From an uncultured Myxococcia bacterium (lineage in GTDB: Bacteria > Myxococcota > Myxococcia > SLRQ01), in assembly GCA_964471535.1 (NCBI GenBank), contig CAYYHA010000003.1:18031-65812 (forward strand): a stretch of DNA of 47,782 nt, written 5' to 3'. The position numbers were made by a program, and so were the translations under genes. The notes under the pieces are model-generated. The model did not search any database. It was not told the origin of the DNA and saw only the letters and a program-made list of their open reading frames with translations. Below are positions 14,390 through 23,326 of this stretch, piece after piece. Numbering within the stretch: the stretch's first letter is position 1; every line of letters begins with the position of its first letter.

Positions 14390-16180
14390 CTACGCGGCCG
14401 CAGCGTACTGCAGCTCGTAGAGGCGCGCATAGTGACCCCCTCGCGCCAAGAGCTGCTGGTGCGTCCCCTCCTCGACCACCCGGCCGTGGTGGAGCACGAC
14501 CACGCGGTCGGCGTTCTCGATGGTGGAGAGCCGGTGTGCAATGACGATGGCGGTGCGTCCTTGCAGCACTTCCTCCACCGCATCCTGCACCAACGCCTCG
14601 GTCTCGCTGTCGACGCTGGCCGTTGCCTCGTCGAGGACGAGGACCTCGGGATCCCGACACAGGGCCCGGGCGAAGGCGACGAGCTGCCGCTCCCCCGCCG
14701 AGAGGTTGCTGCCCCGCTCCTCGACGGGCATCTCGAGCCCCTCCCCTCGCCGGGCGACCACCTGGTCGAGGTGCACCCGACGCGCCACGGCCTCCACGAC
14801 CTCCCGGGAGATGGAGGCGTCACCCAGCGTCACGTTCCACGCCAGCGTGCCGCGGAAGAGGTGGGCATCCTGCAGCACCACGGCGAAGAGGCGCCGCAGC
14901 GCCTTCGGGTCCATCTCGCGGATGTCCACTCCATCGATGGTGATGCGCCCCCGATGCGCGCCATCGTCGAGCTCGTAGAGGCGGGTGAGCAGCCGGATCA
15001 ACGTCGACTTGCCCGAGCCGGTCGCGCCCACGAGCGCCACCCGCTCCCCGCGGCGGATGGTGAGACTGACGTCCTCGAGCACCCACTCCTCGTCGCGGTA
15101 AGCAAAGGAAAGGTGCTCGAAGCGGATGGCCTCTCGCAACATGGGCGACACCGGGGCCTCTTCGCTCCGCGCGCCTGGTGCCGGCTCGGTGTCGAGGAGG
15201 GAGAAGACGCGCTCGGCGCTGGCCATCGCCGATTGCATCACCGTGTACTTCGCCGAGAGGTCGCGGATGGGGATGAAGAACTTCTGGATGTACTCGATGA
15301 AGGCTACGAGCACGCCAAAGGTCAGCGCGCCCTGTACGATCCGGCCGCCGCCGTACCAGACGATCGCCGCCACCGCGACGGACCCGATCATCTCGACGAG
15401 GCTGTAGAGCAGCGCATCGTAGCGAATCGCATCGAAGTAGGCGTCTCGGTACTCCGCGTTGATCTCCCGAAAGCGGGCCGCGTTGTGGTCCTCGCGGACG
15501 AAGGCCTGCACCACCGGCATCCCGGAGAGGTTCTCCTGCAGGTAGGCATTGATCCGCGCGATGATGAGCCGGGTACGCCGGAAGGCGTCGCGGGCCTTCG
15601 CCCGGAAGATGGCCACCAGGACGGCGAGCACCGGCACCGCGGCGAAGGTGACCAGGGCGAGCTTGAAGTCGATGAGCAACATGACGACGACGATGCCCGC
15701 CAGAAGGACGACGTCCGCCACCATGGTCACGACCCCGCTGGCAAACATCTCGGTCATGTTCTCGATGTCGCTGGTCATGCGGGTCATGATCCGACCCAAG
15801 GGCGTCCGGTCGAGATAACGCTGTGGGAGCCGCTGCGTGTGCTCGAAGACCTCGAGACGCAGGTCGTTCATCGACCTCACCCCCAGCCACTGCAGGAGGT
15901 AGACCTGCGCGAAGGTGGCCAGGAGCTGTACGAGGAGGGCACCCACGAAGAGGAGCGCGACGCTTCCGAGCCCTTCGAGGTGGCCGGTGGCGATGTGCAC
16001 ATCGATGGCCTGCTTGAGCAGGTACGGCTGGGCGAGCTGTGCCGCTGCGGCAATGGGGATGACGAGGAGCGCGAGCAGGAAGTGCCCCGTGTAGGGGCGC
16101 ACATAGCGCCACATCCGGGCGACGAGCCGCGCATCGTAGGCGCGGCCGAGCTTCTCCTCGGGGAAGAGTTCATCCGACAT
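14390..16180 (-). CDS. ABC exporter permease/ATP-binding subunit (MdlB-like)
   Basis: TM domain, Walker A GATGSGKS, LSAGERQ, VLDEAT, IAHRLST. Confidence 0.93.
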   Translation of the reverse strand: MSDELFPEEKLGRAYDARLVARMWRYVRPYTGHFLLALLVIPIAAAAQLAQPYLLKQAIDVHIATGHLEGLGSVALLFVGALLVQLLATFAQVYLLQWLGVRSMNDLRLEVFEHTQRLPQRYLDRTPLGRIMTRMTSDIENMTEMFASGVVTMVADVVLLAGIVVVMLLIDFKLALVTFAAVPVLAVLVAIFRAKARDAFRRTRLIIARINAYLQENLSGMPVVQAFVREDHNAARFREINAEYRDAYFDAIRYDALLYSLVEMIGSVAVAAIVWYGGGRIVQGALTFGVLVAFIEYIQKFFIPIRDLSAKYTVMQSAMASAERVFSLLDTEPAPGARSEEAPVSPMLREAIRFEHLSFAYRDEEWVLEDVSLTIRRGERVALVGATGSGKSTLIRLLTRLYELDDGAHRGRITIDGVDIREMDPKALRRLFAVVLQDAHLFRGTLAWNVTLGDASISREVVEAVARRVHLDQVVARRGEGLEMPVEERGSNLSAGERQLVAFARALCRDPEVLVLDEATASVDSETEALVQDAVEEVLQGRTAIVIAHRLSTIENADRVVVLHHGRVVEEGTHQQLLARGGHYARLYELQYAAAA

Positions 16181-17993
16181 CGGCGCGCTCCTGCGGGGGA
16201 AGATCGACCGGCGCAGGATCGTCCGAATCGAGCTCGGCCTCGAGGCGTTGCCGGCGCCACAGATCTGCGTACAGCCCCGGCTCTTGGCACAGCGTCTCGT
16301 GGGTACCCCGCTGCGTGATTCGCCCTCCCTCGAGCACGATGATCTCGTCGCATCCCTTCACCGCGGCAATCCGATGGCTCACCACCAGCGCCGTCCTCCC
16401 CTCCATCACCTCGGACAGGGAGGCGAGGATGCGTGCCTCGGTGTCCGCATCCACACTCGAGAGGGAGTCGTCGAGGATGAGGATGCGCGGCTCCGTCAAC
16501 AGCGCCCGGGCCAGGGCTATGCGCTGCCGCTGCCCGCCCGAAAGGGTGACGCCCCGCTCCCCCACCAGCGTGTCGTAGCCCCGTGGAAAACGCACGATGT
16601 CCTCGTGCACTGCGGCCAGCTTCGCCGCCGCGATCACTTCTTCTCGGCTCGCCTCCGGCCGGCCGAAGGCGATGTTCTCGTGGAGCGTGGCGGAGAAGAG
16701 AAAGGGATCCTGCGGCGCATAGCCGATGGCCTGCCGGAGCTGACGCAGAGGAATGTCGAGCACGTCGTGGCCATCGATGAAGATCGTCCCCCGCTCCACC
16801 GGCTTCAGGCGGGGCAGGAGGTCGACCAACGTCGATTTGCCCCCGCCGGTGCTGCCGACGATCCCCAGGGTCCTCCCGGCGGGCACGTCGAGCCGAATGT
16901 CTTCCAGCGCCACACTGCCATCGTCAGGCCAGCGCCAGGTGAGCCCGCGCACCTCTACGTGGCCCTTCAGTGGCGGCACCGGCCGAACTCCGGGTACATC
17001 GAAGATGGCCGGTTGGGCGAGGAAGAGCTCGTTGATGCGGCGCATCGCCGAGCGGCCCCGCTGCCAGATGGAGAGCATCCATCCCAGTGCCAGAGTGGGC
17101 CAGGCGAGATGTGCCAGATAGCCGTTGAAGGCAACCAGATCGCCCAGCGAGATCCGCCCCGAGATCACGGCCCGACCGCCGAGGTAGAGCACCACCAGGG
17201 TACCGACGCCTCCCAGGACCCCAAAGAGAGGGACCATCGCGCCGCGCGTGAGCGCCAGATCCAGGGAACGCCGCAGGAAGCGGTCGTTGTGGTCCGCGAA
17301 GCGTCGGACCGCCTCCTCCTCGCGCGCATAGGCCTTGATCACCTGCTGCCCCGAGAGGTTCTCCTGCAGGTACTCCGACATCTCGCCGAGGCTCTCCTGT
17401 ACCGCGCGTGAGCGCAGGTAGAGCCGCATGCCGAAATGCCGCATGGCCAGCAGGATGAACGGATACGGTACGAGCGCCGCCAGGGTGAGGCGGGGGTCGA
17501 TGTACAGCATCAAGGAGAGGCCGACCGCGTAGGCGACCGCCGTATTGATGAAGTTCAGGATTCCCGGGCCTAGAAGGAGACGAACCTGGGAGAGGTCGTT
17601 CACCGCTCGGCTCATGATCTCCCCCACGCTCCGCTCGCGGAAGAAGGTGGGGTGCATCGCGGCGAGGTGATCGAAGAGTTCGGTGCGCAGGTCGTACTCC
17701 ACCCGGCGGCCCGAGTTGAAGATGAGGATGCGGGACAGGGTGCGGATCACTGCCATCGCGACCGCAGCAACGGCCATCCACAGGGCGTAGGTGCTTGCTT
17801 CGGCCCATGCCCCGGCATCGGACGCCTCGAGCGCGTCGACGGCGCGCTTCAGGAGCCAGGGGATGGCCAGCGCCAGGAGATTGGTGAGCACCAGCGCCAG
17901 GAATCCCGCCAGGAAGGCACCGCGGTAGCGGGCAAAGTAGTCACGAATGCGCCGCTGCCCAGGACGCACCCGTAGCCTCTCCGCTGTCGCCAT
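16170..17993 (-). CDS. ABC exporter permease/ATP-binding subunit (MdlA-like)
   Basis: TM domain, GSTGGGKS, LSGGQRQ, degenerate Walker B ILDDS typical of heterodimeric exporters; overlaps partner gene. Confidence 0.93.
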   Translation of the reverse strand: MATAERLRVRPGQRRIRDYFARYRGAFLAGFLALVLTNLLALAIPWLLKRAVDALEASDAGAWAEASTYALWMAVAAVAMAVIRTLSRILIFNSGRRVEYDLRTELFDHLAAMHPTFFRERSVGEIMSRAVNDLSQVRLLLGPGILNFINTAVAYAVGLSLMLYIDPRLTLAALVPYPFILLAMRHFGMRLYLRSRAVQESLGEMSEYLQENLSGQQVIKAYAREEEAVRRFADHNDRFLRRSLDLALTRGAMVPLFGVLGGVGTLVVLYLGGRAVISGRISLGDLVAFNGYLAHLAWPTLALGWMLSIWQRGRSAMRRINELFLAQPAIFDVPGVRPVPPLKGHVEVRGLTWRWPDDGSVALEDIRLDVPAGRTLGIVGSTGGGKSTLVDLLPRLKPVERGTIFIDGHDVLDIPLRQLRQAIGYAPQDPFLFSATLHENIAFGRPEASREEVIAAAKLAAVHEDIVRFPRGYDTLVGERGVTLSGGQRQRIALARALLTEPRILILDDSLSSVDADTEARILASLSEVMEGRTALVVSHRIAAVKGCDEIIVLEGGRITQRGTHETLCQEPGLYADLWRRQRLEAELDSDDPAPVDLPPQERADVG

Positions 17994-18030
17994 GGCAGCC
18001 CAGGGTTCGGCCGGAGCCCCTGCCTGTCAA

Positions 18031-18049
18031 GCGGGGCCTCGAGCCCCGC
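18031..18049. other. GC-rich hairpin between the Cys-rich gene and the ABC operon
   Basis: GCGGGGC-CTCGA-GCCCCGC; no clear U-tract, so possibly a terminator or stability element. Confidence 0.3.
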
Positions 18050-18063
18050 GACCGAGCCCTCCC

Positions 18064-19740
18064 CTACTGGCAGGCGTTGCCCTGTGGGATGCACACCTTC
18101 GATGCGACGCACCGCATCTTCTGGTAGCCGACCTCTTGGCAGCGCGTGGGTCCCGGCGGCAGTCCACTGACGTCGGTGGGGCACTCGGCATCGCTGCTGC
18201 ATTCGCACTGGTAGACCGCGTTGTGGCACTTCTTCGTGTTCGTCGAAGGGTCGGTCACGCAGTCCCAGTTCTGCGGGCAGTCGCTCGCCGCCATGCAATC
18301 GGCACCCCAGGGCCCATCGTCCACGCAGGTCCCGTTGCCACAGCTGGTCGGGTTGCCGGGATCACAGGGCGCCTCGATGTACTGGCACTGCCAGAGGGTG
18401 GGGCAGTCCTTTGCCGTCTCGCAGGTAAGCGCGCAGAGCTGCGCCATGCCCACGGGGAGACAGAGGTTGGGATCACGAGGATCTTCCTTGGGGTTGGCGA
18501 AGTTGGCGCAGCCGTCGTGGTCGGAGCAGGAGCGACACCAGGGCGGGTTCGGTGCAAGGACACAGCCAGGCAGCGCCGGCTCGGGGGCCGGGGCCAAGCC
18601 GTTGCACACCACCGGGTCGCACGAGTCGCGGGAGGGATTCCCGGTCACGTTGCGACACTCGCCGCAGCAGAATTGGTTGGCCTGGCAGGCGAGCGCAGCG
18701 CCTCCTCGCTCTACGCAGTCCATGAGGTAGCACTCCCCCTGCTCGTTGCAACCGTAGGGCAGGCGGCAGTCGGGGCTGTCCGCACCCAATCCCCGCTCCG
18801 GGCGGCAGCGATCGGTGACACAGGTGTGGTTGTCGACGTCGCAGAAGCCCAGGTAGGGGCTGGTATCCGGCACCTCACACTCGACGTCGTCGATGCAGCC
18901 TTCGGGGCGGCAGCGCGTCACGTTGCCCACGTCCACCTTGCAGACGAAGGAGGGATCGATGTCCGCGCAGGTGTCGTTGGCCGGATCACAGGGGGCGCGG
19001 CACTTGCCGTCGTGGTCGCAGACCTTTCCCGTCGGGCAGGTGCTCTCGCCCGTCTCCAGATCGAAGACACACCCGCGCGTGCAGGTTCCCGTGTTCAGGT
19101 TGCAGACCGGACGGCTCGGCGGACAGTCGGCATCGGAGGTGCACACGAAGATCGACTCACAGCTCGCCCCGCCGGCGGGGACGCAGTAGACGCCGTTGGC
19201 ATCGGCCTCGTAGCCCTGAGGGCATCCGCGGTTGCCCGCCTTCTGCAGGCACACCTTCTCCCCCTGGTGCTCCACGCAGAACGCCTGCTCGGTGTAGGTC
19301 GGCAGGTCACCGCACTCCGCATCGGTATTGCACGGCGTGCACATCTCCCGGCGCTTCTTGCACACCTGTCCCTCGGGATCGCAGACGCAATCCTCCTCGT
19401 CTGTGCCCCCGCACCCCCAACCCGGGCTCTGCTGGTTCATGTCGTCGTAGTTGCAGTTCGCATAGCCGTACTGCGGATTGCAGGGATGGCCAGGGACGCA
19501 GGTCCCGGTGAGGAGATCGCACACCTCGTCTGCGGCGCAGTCGTCCCAGTCGCTCTCGCAGGGCGGCGGACCCGCGTCCGGCGGGGGCCCACCGTCGCCT
19601 CCGTCGCGAGGGCCGCCGCCGTCGGGCGCGCCCCCCCCGTCACCGCCGCCCCCACCGTCCGCCGTGCCAGAGGAAGGGGGGCACGCGATGAGCAGCAGGG
19701 AGAAGGGCAGGAGCAGGAATGCGCGTCGCAGAGATGCCAT
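18064..19740 (-). CDS. Large cysteine-rich lipoprotein with Dickkopf-N-like CxxDxxC repeats
   Basis: Lipobox LIA-C, DGG linker, repeats CNTDAEC, CTSDADC, CIDDVEC, CMAASDC, CSSDAEC. Confidence 0.85.
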   Translation of the reverse strand: MASLRRAFLLLPFSLLLIACPPSSGTADGGGGGDGGGAPDGGGPRDGGDGGPPPDAGPPPCESDWDDCAADEVCDLLTGTCVPGHPCNPQYGYANCNYDDMNQQSPGWGCGGTDEEDCVCDPEGQVCKKRREMCTPCNTDAECGDLPTYTEQAFCVEHQGEKVCLQKAGNRGCPQGYEADANGVYCVPAGGASCESIFVCTSDADCPPSRPVCNLNTGTCTRGCVFDLETGESTCPTGKVCDHDGKCRAPCDPANDTCADIDPSFVCKVDVGNVTRCRPEGCIDDVECEVPDTSPYLGFCDVDNHTCVTDRCRPERGLGADSPDCRLPYGCNEQGECYLMDCVERGGAALACQANQFCCGECRNVTGNPSRDSCDPVVCNGLAPAPEPALPGCVLAPNPPWCRSCSDHDGCANFANPKEDPRDPNLCLPVGMAQLCALTCETAKDCPTLWQCQYIEAPCDPGNPTSCGNGTCVDDGPWGADCMAASDCPQNWDCVTDPSTNTKKCHNAVYQCECSSDAECPTDVSGLPPGPTRCQEVGYQKMRCVASKVCIPQGNACQ

Positions 19741-19939
19741 GGGTCCGTTACCTCGTCTTCCCGAGCAGGGGAGAAATGGCGGCGCCATCTTGACAGGAAG
19801 GCGCCGAATCCCGCAACCACCGCGCCGCGCGGCGCGACGCGGCCGCGCCGGAGTGGAAGCACGTGGCCGCGGCACGGGCTGCGCCAGGCCCGATCGCCCA
19901 TGCTGGCACCGGTCGAAGAGTTCTGCTTCCATCCTCCCC

Positions 19940-20185
19940 ATGAAGGTGCGGGTGCTCTACTTCGCCATCGCCCGGGAGAAGGCGGGGCAGCGCGAGGAGG
20001 AAATTCAGCTCGAGGGTCCGCTGACGGTCGCCGCGATCCGTGAGGTGCTCGCTGAGCGACACCCAGGCCTCGCCCCGCTCCTCCCGCGGCTGCGCCTCGC
20101 GATCGACGAGGCCTTCGCCCCCGACGATGCCCCGGTGCCCGAGGGCGCGGTGGTGGCGGTGATTCCCCCCGTCTCGGGAGGCTGA
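19940..20185 (+). CDS. moaD: Molybdopterin synthase sulfur carrier subunit
   Basis: MKVRVLYFA...AVIPPVSGG with C-terminal Gly-Gly; adjacent to moaE. Confidence 0.95.
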   Translation: MKVRVLYFAIAREKAGQREEEIQLEGPLTVAAIREVLAERHPGLAPLLPRLRLAIDEAFAPDDAPVPEGAVVAVIPPVSGG

Positions 20186-20189
20186 ACGC

Positions 20190-20600
20190 ATGTACGAGGT
20201 TCGCGAGGTTCCCATCTCCACCGAAGAGGTCCTAGCCGCGGTCCACAGCGACGGCACCGGAGCCGTCGTGACCTTCACGGGGGTGGTGCGCGCGCAGAGC
20301 CGCGGGCGCGCAGTTCTGCGCCTCGAATACGAAGCGTACGTCCCGATGGCCGAGAAGGTGCTCCGGGCCATCGGTGACGAGATTGCCGAGCGGTGGCCCG
20401 GCGCCCGCACCGCCGTCCTCCACCGCATCGGCACGCTCCACCCCGGCGAGGTTGCGGTCGCTATCGCGGTGGCGGCACCCCATCGCGCGGAAGCCTTCGA
20501 GGGCTGCCGCCACGCCATCGAGCGCCTGAAGGAAGACGTCCCCATCTGGAAGCGGGAGGTCTTCCGCGACGGCTCAGAGTGGCGGGGTCTCGGACCGTAA
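20190..20600 (+). CDS. moaE: Molybdopterin synthase catalytic subunit
   Basis: GAVVTFTGVVR, LEYEAYVPMA, HRIGTL, PHRAEAF, LKEDVPIWKRE. Confidence 0.96.
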   Translation: MYEVREVPISTEEVLAAVHSDGTGAVVTFTGVVRAQSRGRAVLRLEYEAYVPMAEKVLRAIGDEIAERWPGARTAVLHRIGTLHPGEVAVAIAVAAPHRAEAFEGCRHAIERLKEDVPIWKREVFRDGSEWRGLGP

Positions 20601-20705
20601 AAGATTGCCCCGCAGCGCACGCCCATCCGGCGCCGCGCGGTTGACAGAGCGCGGGGAGCTTACGCCCATGGAGAGCCCCCAGGCTCCCCGCGCGATGTCC
20701 AAAGG

Positions 20706-21467
20706 TCAGGACGGCCGATGCCGCGTCGCGGCCAGCAGCAGGGTACGGCCGTCGCTCGGCCGATGGATCGCATGGTGCGCCACCGCATGGTGCGCCACCG
20801 CGTGGTTCGCCGGCGTGCCCTCCTGCACCCGGACGCACACCGTGTCGCCACCTCGCGCCTCGGCACGGAATGCGACGTCCAAGGCAGCAGGCACTGCGGG
20901 CTCGGCGCCGGCTGCGAGGGCATCGAGAATCCATCGCACATAGGCCACGTTGTTCACGTGGCCCACCGGATCCAGATCGCTGGGCCGCACGGTGCGAAGC
21001 TGCTCCCGCGAGGTCCAGGTGGGCTCCGCGAGGCGCGCGTAGGGCCCCCCGATGGCCCGCGGCCTCTCGGCGACGGGATGCCCCCGCACGAAGTCGGGTA
21101 GCCGAACGGCGCGCCGGCGTTCGAGGGAGATTACCAGCCAGCGGCTGCGGGCCCGCGCCAGGACCTGGCCGTCCCGAAGGAGCAGGAAGTCTCGGTGGGC
21201 GAAGAGGCGCTCCGCGCCCGCAGGCCAGGTCTCGACCACGACCTCTTCACCCGCCCGCGGGAGCCCGTCGATCTCGAGATGGAGTCGTTCGAGCACCCAT
21301 GCATAGCCCTCGCGCATCAGGCGCTCCATGGACAGGCCCATCGCCTGCGCATGGCGCCCTGCCGCCTCCTGCAGGTAGTCGCAGAGCCGATCGATCCGAA
21401 GCGACGCATCGGGTCGGGCATCGTAGCTTCGGACCCGAAAGCCTTCGCGCAGGAGAGGACCCTTCAC
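20706..21467 (-). CDS. Acyl-ACP thioesterase (double hot-dog, FatA/B-like)
   Basis: FRVRSYD...LQEAAGRHA, WVLERL, VETWP, DLDPVGHVNNVAY; GTG start overlaps the upstream TGA. Confidence 0.88.
   Translation of the reverse strand: MKGPLLREGFRVRSYDARPDASLRIDRLCDYLQEAAGRHAQAMGLSMERLMREGYAWVLERLHLEIDGLPRAGEEVVVETWPAGAERLFAHRDFLLLRDGQVLARARSRWLVISLERRRAVRLPDFVRGHPVAERPRAIGGPYARLAEPTWTSREQLRTVRPSDLDPVGHVNNVAYVRWILDALAAGAEPAVPAALDVAFRAEARGGDTVCVRVQEGTPANHAVAHHAVAHHAIHRPSDGRTLLLAATRHRPS
20770..20814. repeat. In-frame 15-bp tandem repeat within the thioesterase gene
   Basis: GCATGGTGCGCCACC twice plus a degenerate third copy GCGTGGTTCGCCGGC; encodes NHAVAHHAVAHHA. Confidence 0.8.
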
Positions 21468-21820
21468 TGGTACTTCGCCTCGAGCTCGGCCCAGGAGGCA
21501 TGGACCCGGATGGGGAGCTTGGAAAAGATGCCCACCACCCGCCCACCGGTGCGCACCACCAGGCGGGTGGCCACGAGATCGACGCAGGCGATCCTGCCTC
21601 GCCAAGCCTTCATCGCCGCTTGCCAGGCTTCGCGCGCGTCCACGTCGTAGCCGCTCATCCCCCGGGCATCCCAGACCATGATGACGGGCTCTGCCACCGG
21701 GGCCAGCAGAGCTTCGATCTCGTCGAGTGCCTTGCGTGCGCCGGCCCCGTCGAGGTGCCCCTCGAAGGTGACGCGCAGCGCCCGTACCTTGCCGATCTCG
21801 GCCCACGCGACCCGTGTCAT
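21464..21820 (-). CDS. Small STAS/SpoIIAA-like (STAS/SEC14) protein
   Basis: LRVTFEGHLD...VIMVWDARGMSGYDVDAREAW alpha/beta pattern; 118 aa. Confidence 0.6.
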   Translation of the reverse strand: MTRVAWAEIGKVRALRVTFEGHLDGAGARKALDEIEALLAPVAEPVIMVWDARGMSGYDVDAREAWQAAMKAWRGRIACVDLVATRLVVRTGGRVVGIFSKLPIRVHASWAELEAKYQ

Positions 21821-21830
21821 CGACGTCTCC

Positions 21831-23318
21831 TCAATGGAACCCGGAATGCTCGGCCGCCAGCGCCTCGGTCACGTGACCGGCGGCGATGATCTCCGTGTAG
21901 ACGTCGGCAGAGGGGCGGCGGATCCGGCGGCGAGCCGGATCGTCGTAGTCGACCTCCAGGAGCCCAAAGCGAGGGGCGTAGCCCTCGATCCATTCGAAGT
22001 TGTCGATCAGCGACCAATGGTAGTAGCCGCGTACGTCGATCCCCGCCGCCCGCACCGCATCGAGCACCTGCAGGTGAGCGACCAGGAAGGCGGCGCGCTT
22101 GGTATCCGCGGCGTCGGCGATCCCGTTCTCGGTGATGCGCAGCGGAAGCCCATAGCGGGTGGCGCGTTCGAGCACTTGGCGTAGCCCCTCGGGGTAGATC
22201 TCCCAGCCCAGATCGTTCTTGGGCACCTCGGGATCCGGGTTGTCGTAGAAGTCGATGGCCAGCCGCACCCCCTCGATCTCGGCGACCGGCCCTCGCACGA
22301 GATACCGGCTGTAGTAGTTGACCCCCAGCCAGTCGAGGTGCCCCGCCAGATCCGGATCGATGCGCTCGTCGGGACCCTCCACCTGCCCGTCGGCATCGAG
22401 GTCGACTGCGCCCTTCGTGAGGGCCGAAACGAAGAGATCGTTGAAGACGTAGTCGAGCTGCTCCGCGGCCTCCACATCCGAGGCATCCTCCGGATCGGCC
22501 GGCGTGAAGACCCGCCAGTGCTTGGCGATGCCAACCTCCGCCGCCCGCCCGTCGCCGTCGGCATCGTCGGTGTCGCGGGCGTGGATGGCGTCGTAGGCGC
22601 GGGCATGGGCGTAGGCCATGTTGTAGGCGGCGCGCACCGTGCGCCGTACCTGCAGCGTCTGCCCCGGCGGAAAGTATCCCGCCAGATAGGCGCCGACGAG
22701 CACGACGATTGGCTCGTTGATCGTCACCCACAGATCGACCTCGCCGCCGAACTCTTCGGCCATGTCGCCCGCGTACCGCGCGAAGGCCTCCACGATCGCC
22801 CCGCCCCCGATGGGGTCCTGGTCCTCCCCGGCCCAACCCTTCAGGCCCCCGTCGGGCGACTCGATGTCGTTCACCCAAGCGGGCAGCGTGAAGTGCTGCA
22901 GCGTCACCATGGGCGACAGCCCATGGGCCCGCGCTGCGGCCAGCATACGGTGGTAGTGCTCGATGGCCTGTGGGTCGTACTCGCCGGGGCGCGGTTCGAT
23001 CTTCGCCCACTCGATGCCCATGCGGTAGGCGTTGTGGCCCATGGCCTCGGCCTCGGCGTAGTCGGCCTCGTAGAGCTCCCAGGCGTTCGGCCCGTCCAGG
23101 TTCGACTCACAGTCGGTGATGGTCTCGCCACCGCTGCGCTCGCCATCGCGCTTGTCCAGAACGCAGCGCCGCTCCCAGGCGGCCCAGTCACTGCTCGTGT
23201 TTCCGCCCTCGATCTGGAAGGCCGCGGTCGCGGTGCCCCACTCGAACGGGGGGACCGGCGGATCGGCCGGGCACCCGAGCCCTAGGAGGAGCAACAGACA
23301 CGGCAGCACCCGCCGCAT
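21831..23318 (-). CDS. Glycoside hydrolase family 1, lipoprotein
   Basis: FEWGTATAAFQIEG, YRMGIEWAKIEP, HFTLP, TINEP (acid/base), GVNYY, ITENG (nucleophile), WSLIDNFEW; N-terminal LLLLLGLG-C lipobox. Confidence 0.93.
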   Translation of the reverse strand: MRRVLPCLLLLLGLGCPADPPVPPFEWGTATAAFQIEGGNTSSDWAAWERRCVLDKRDGERSGGETITDCESNLDGPNAWELYEADYAEAEAMGHNAYRMGIEWAKIEPRPGEYDPQAIEHYHRMLAAARAHGLSPMVTLQHFTLPAWVNDIESPDGGLKGWAGEDQDPIGGGAIVEAFARYAGDMAEEFGGEVDLWVTINEPIVVLVGAYLAGYFPPGQTLQVRRTVRAAYNMAYAHARAYDAIHARDTDDADGDGRAAEVGIAKHWRVFTPADPEDASDVEAAEQLDYVFNDLFVSALTKGAVDLDADGQVEGPDERIDPDLAGHLDWLGVNYYSRYLVRGPVAEIEGVRLAIDFYDNPDPEVPKNDLGWEIYPEGLRQVLERATRYGLPLRITENGIADAADTKRAAFLVAHLQVLDAVRAAGIDVRGYYHWSLIDNFEWIEGYAPRFGLLEVDYDDPARRRIRRPSADVYTEIIAAGHVTEALAAEHSGFH

Positions 23319-23326
23319 GCCCTTCC

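Noticed and set aside
19741-19939. Moco riboswitch upstream of moaD
   Set aside because: GC-rich palindromes are present but I cannot match the Moco RNA consensus; an Rfam scan is needed.
19940-20600. MoaD as a ubiquitin-like conjugation or defence component
   Set aside because: It is paired with a canonical moaE, with no E1/E2/JAB genes nearby; ordinary molybdopterin synthase.
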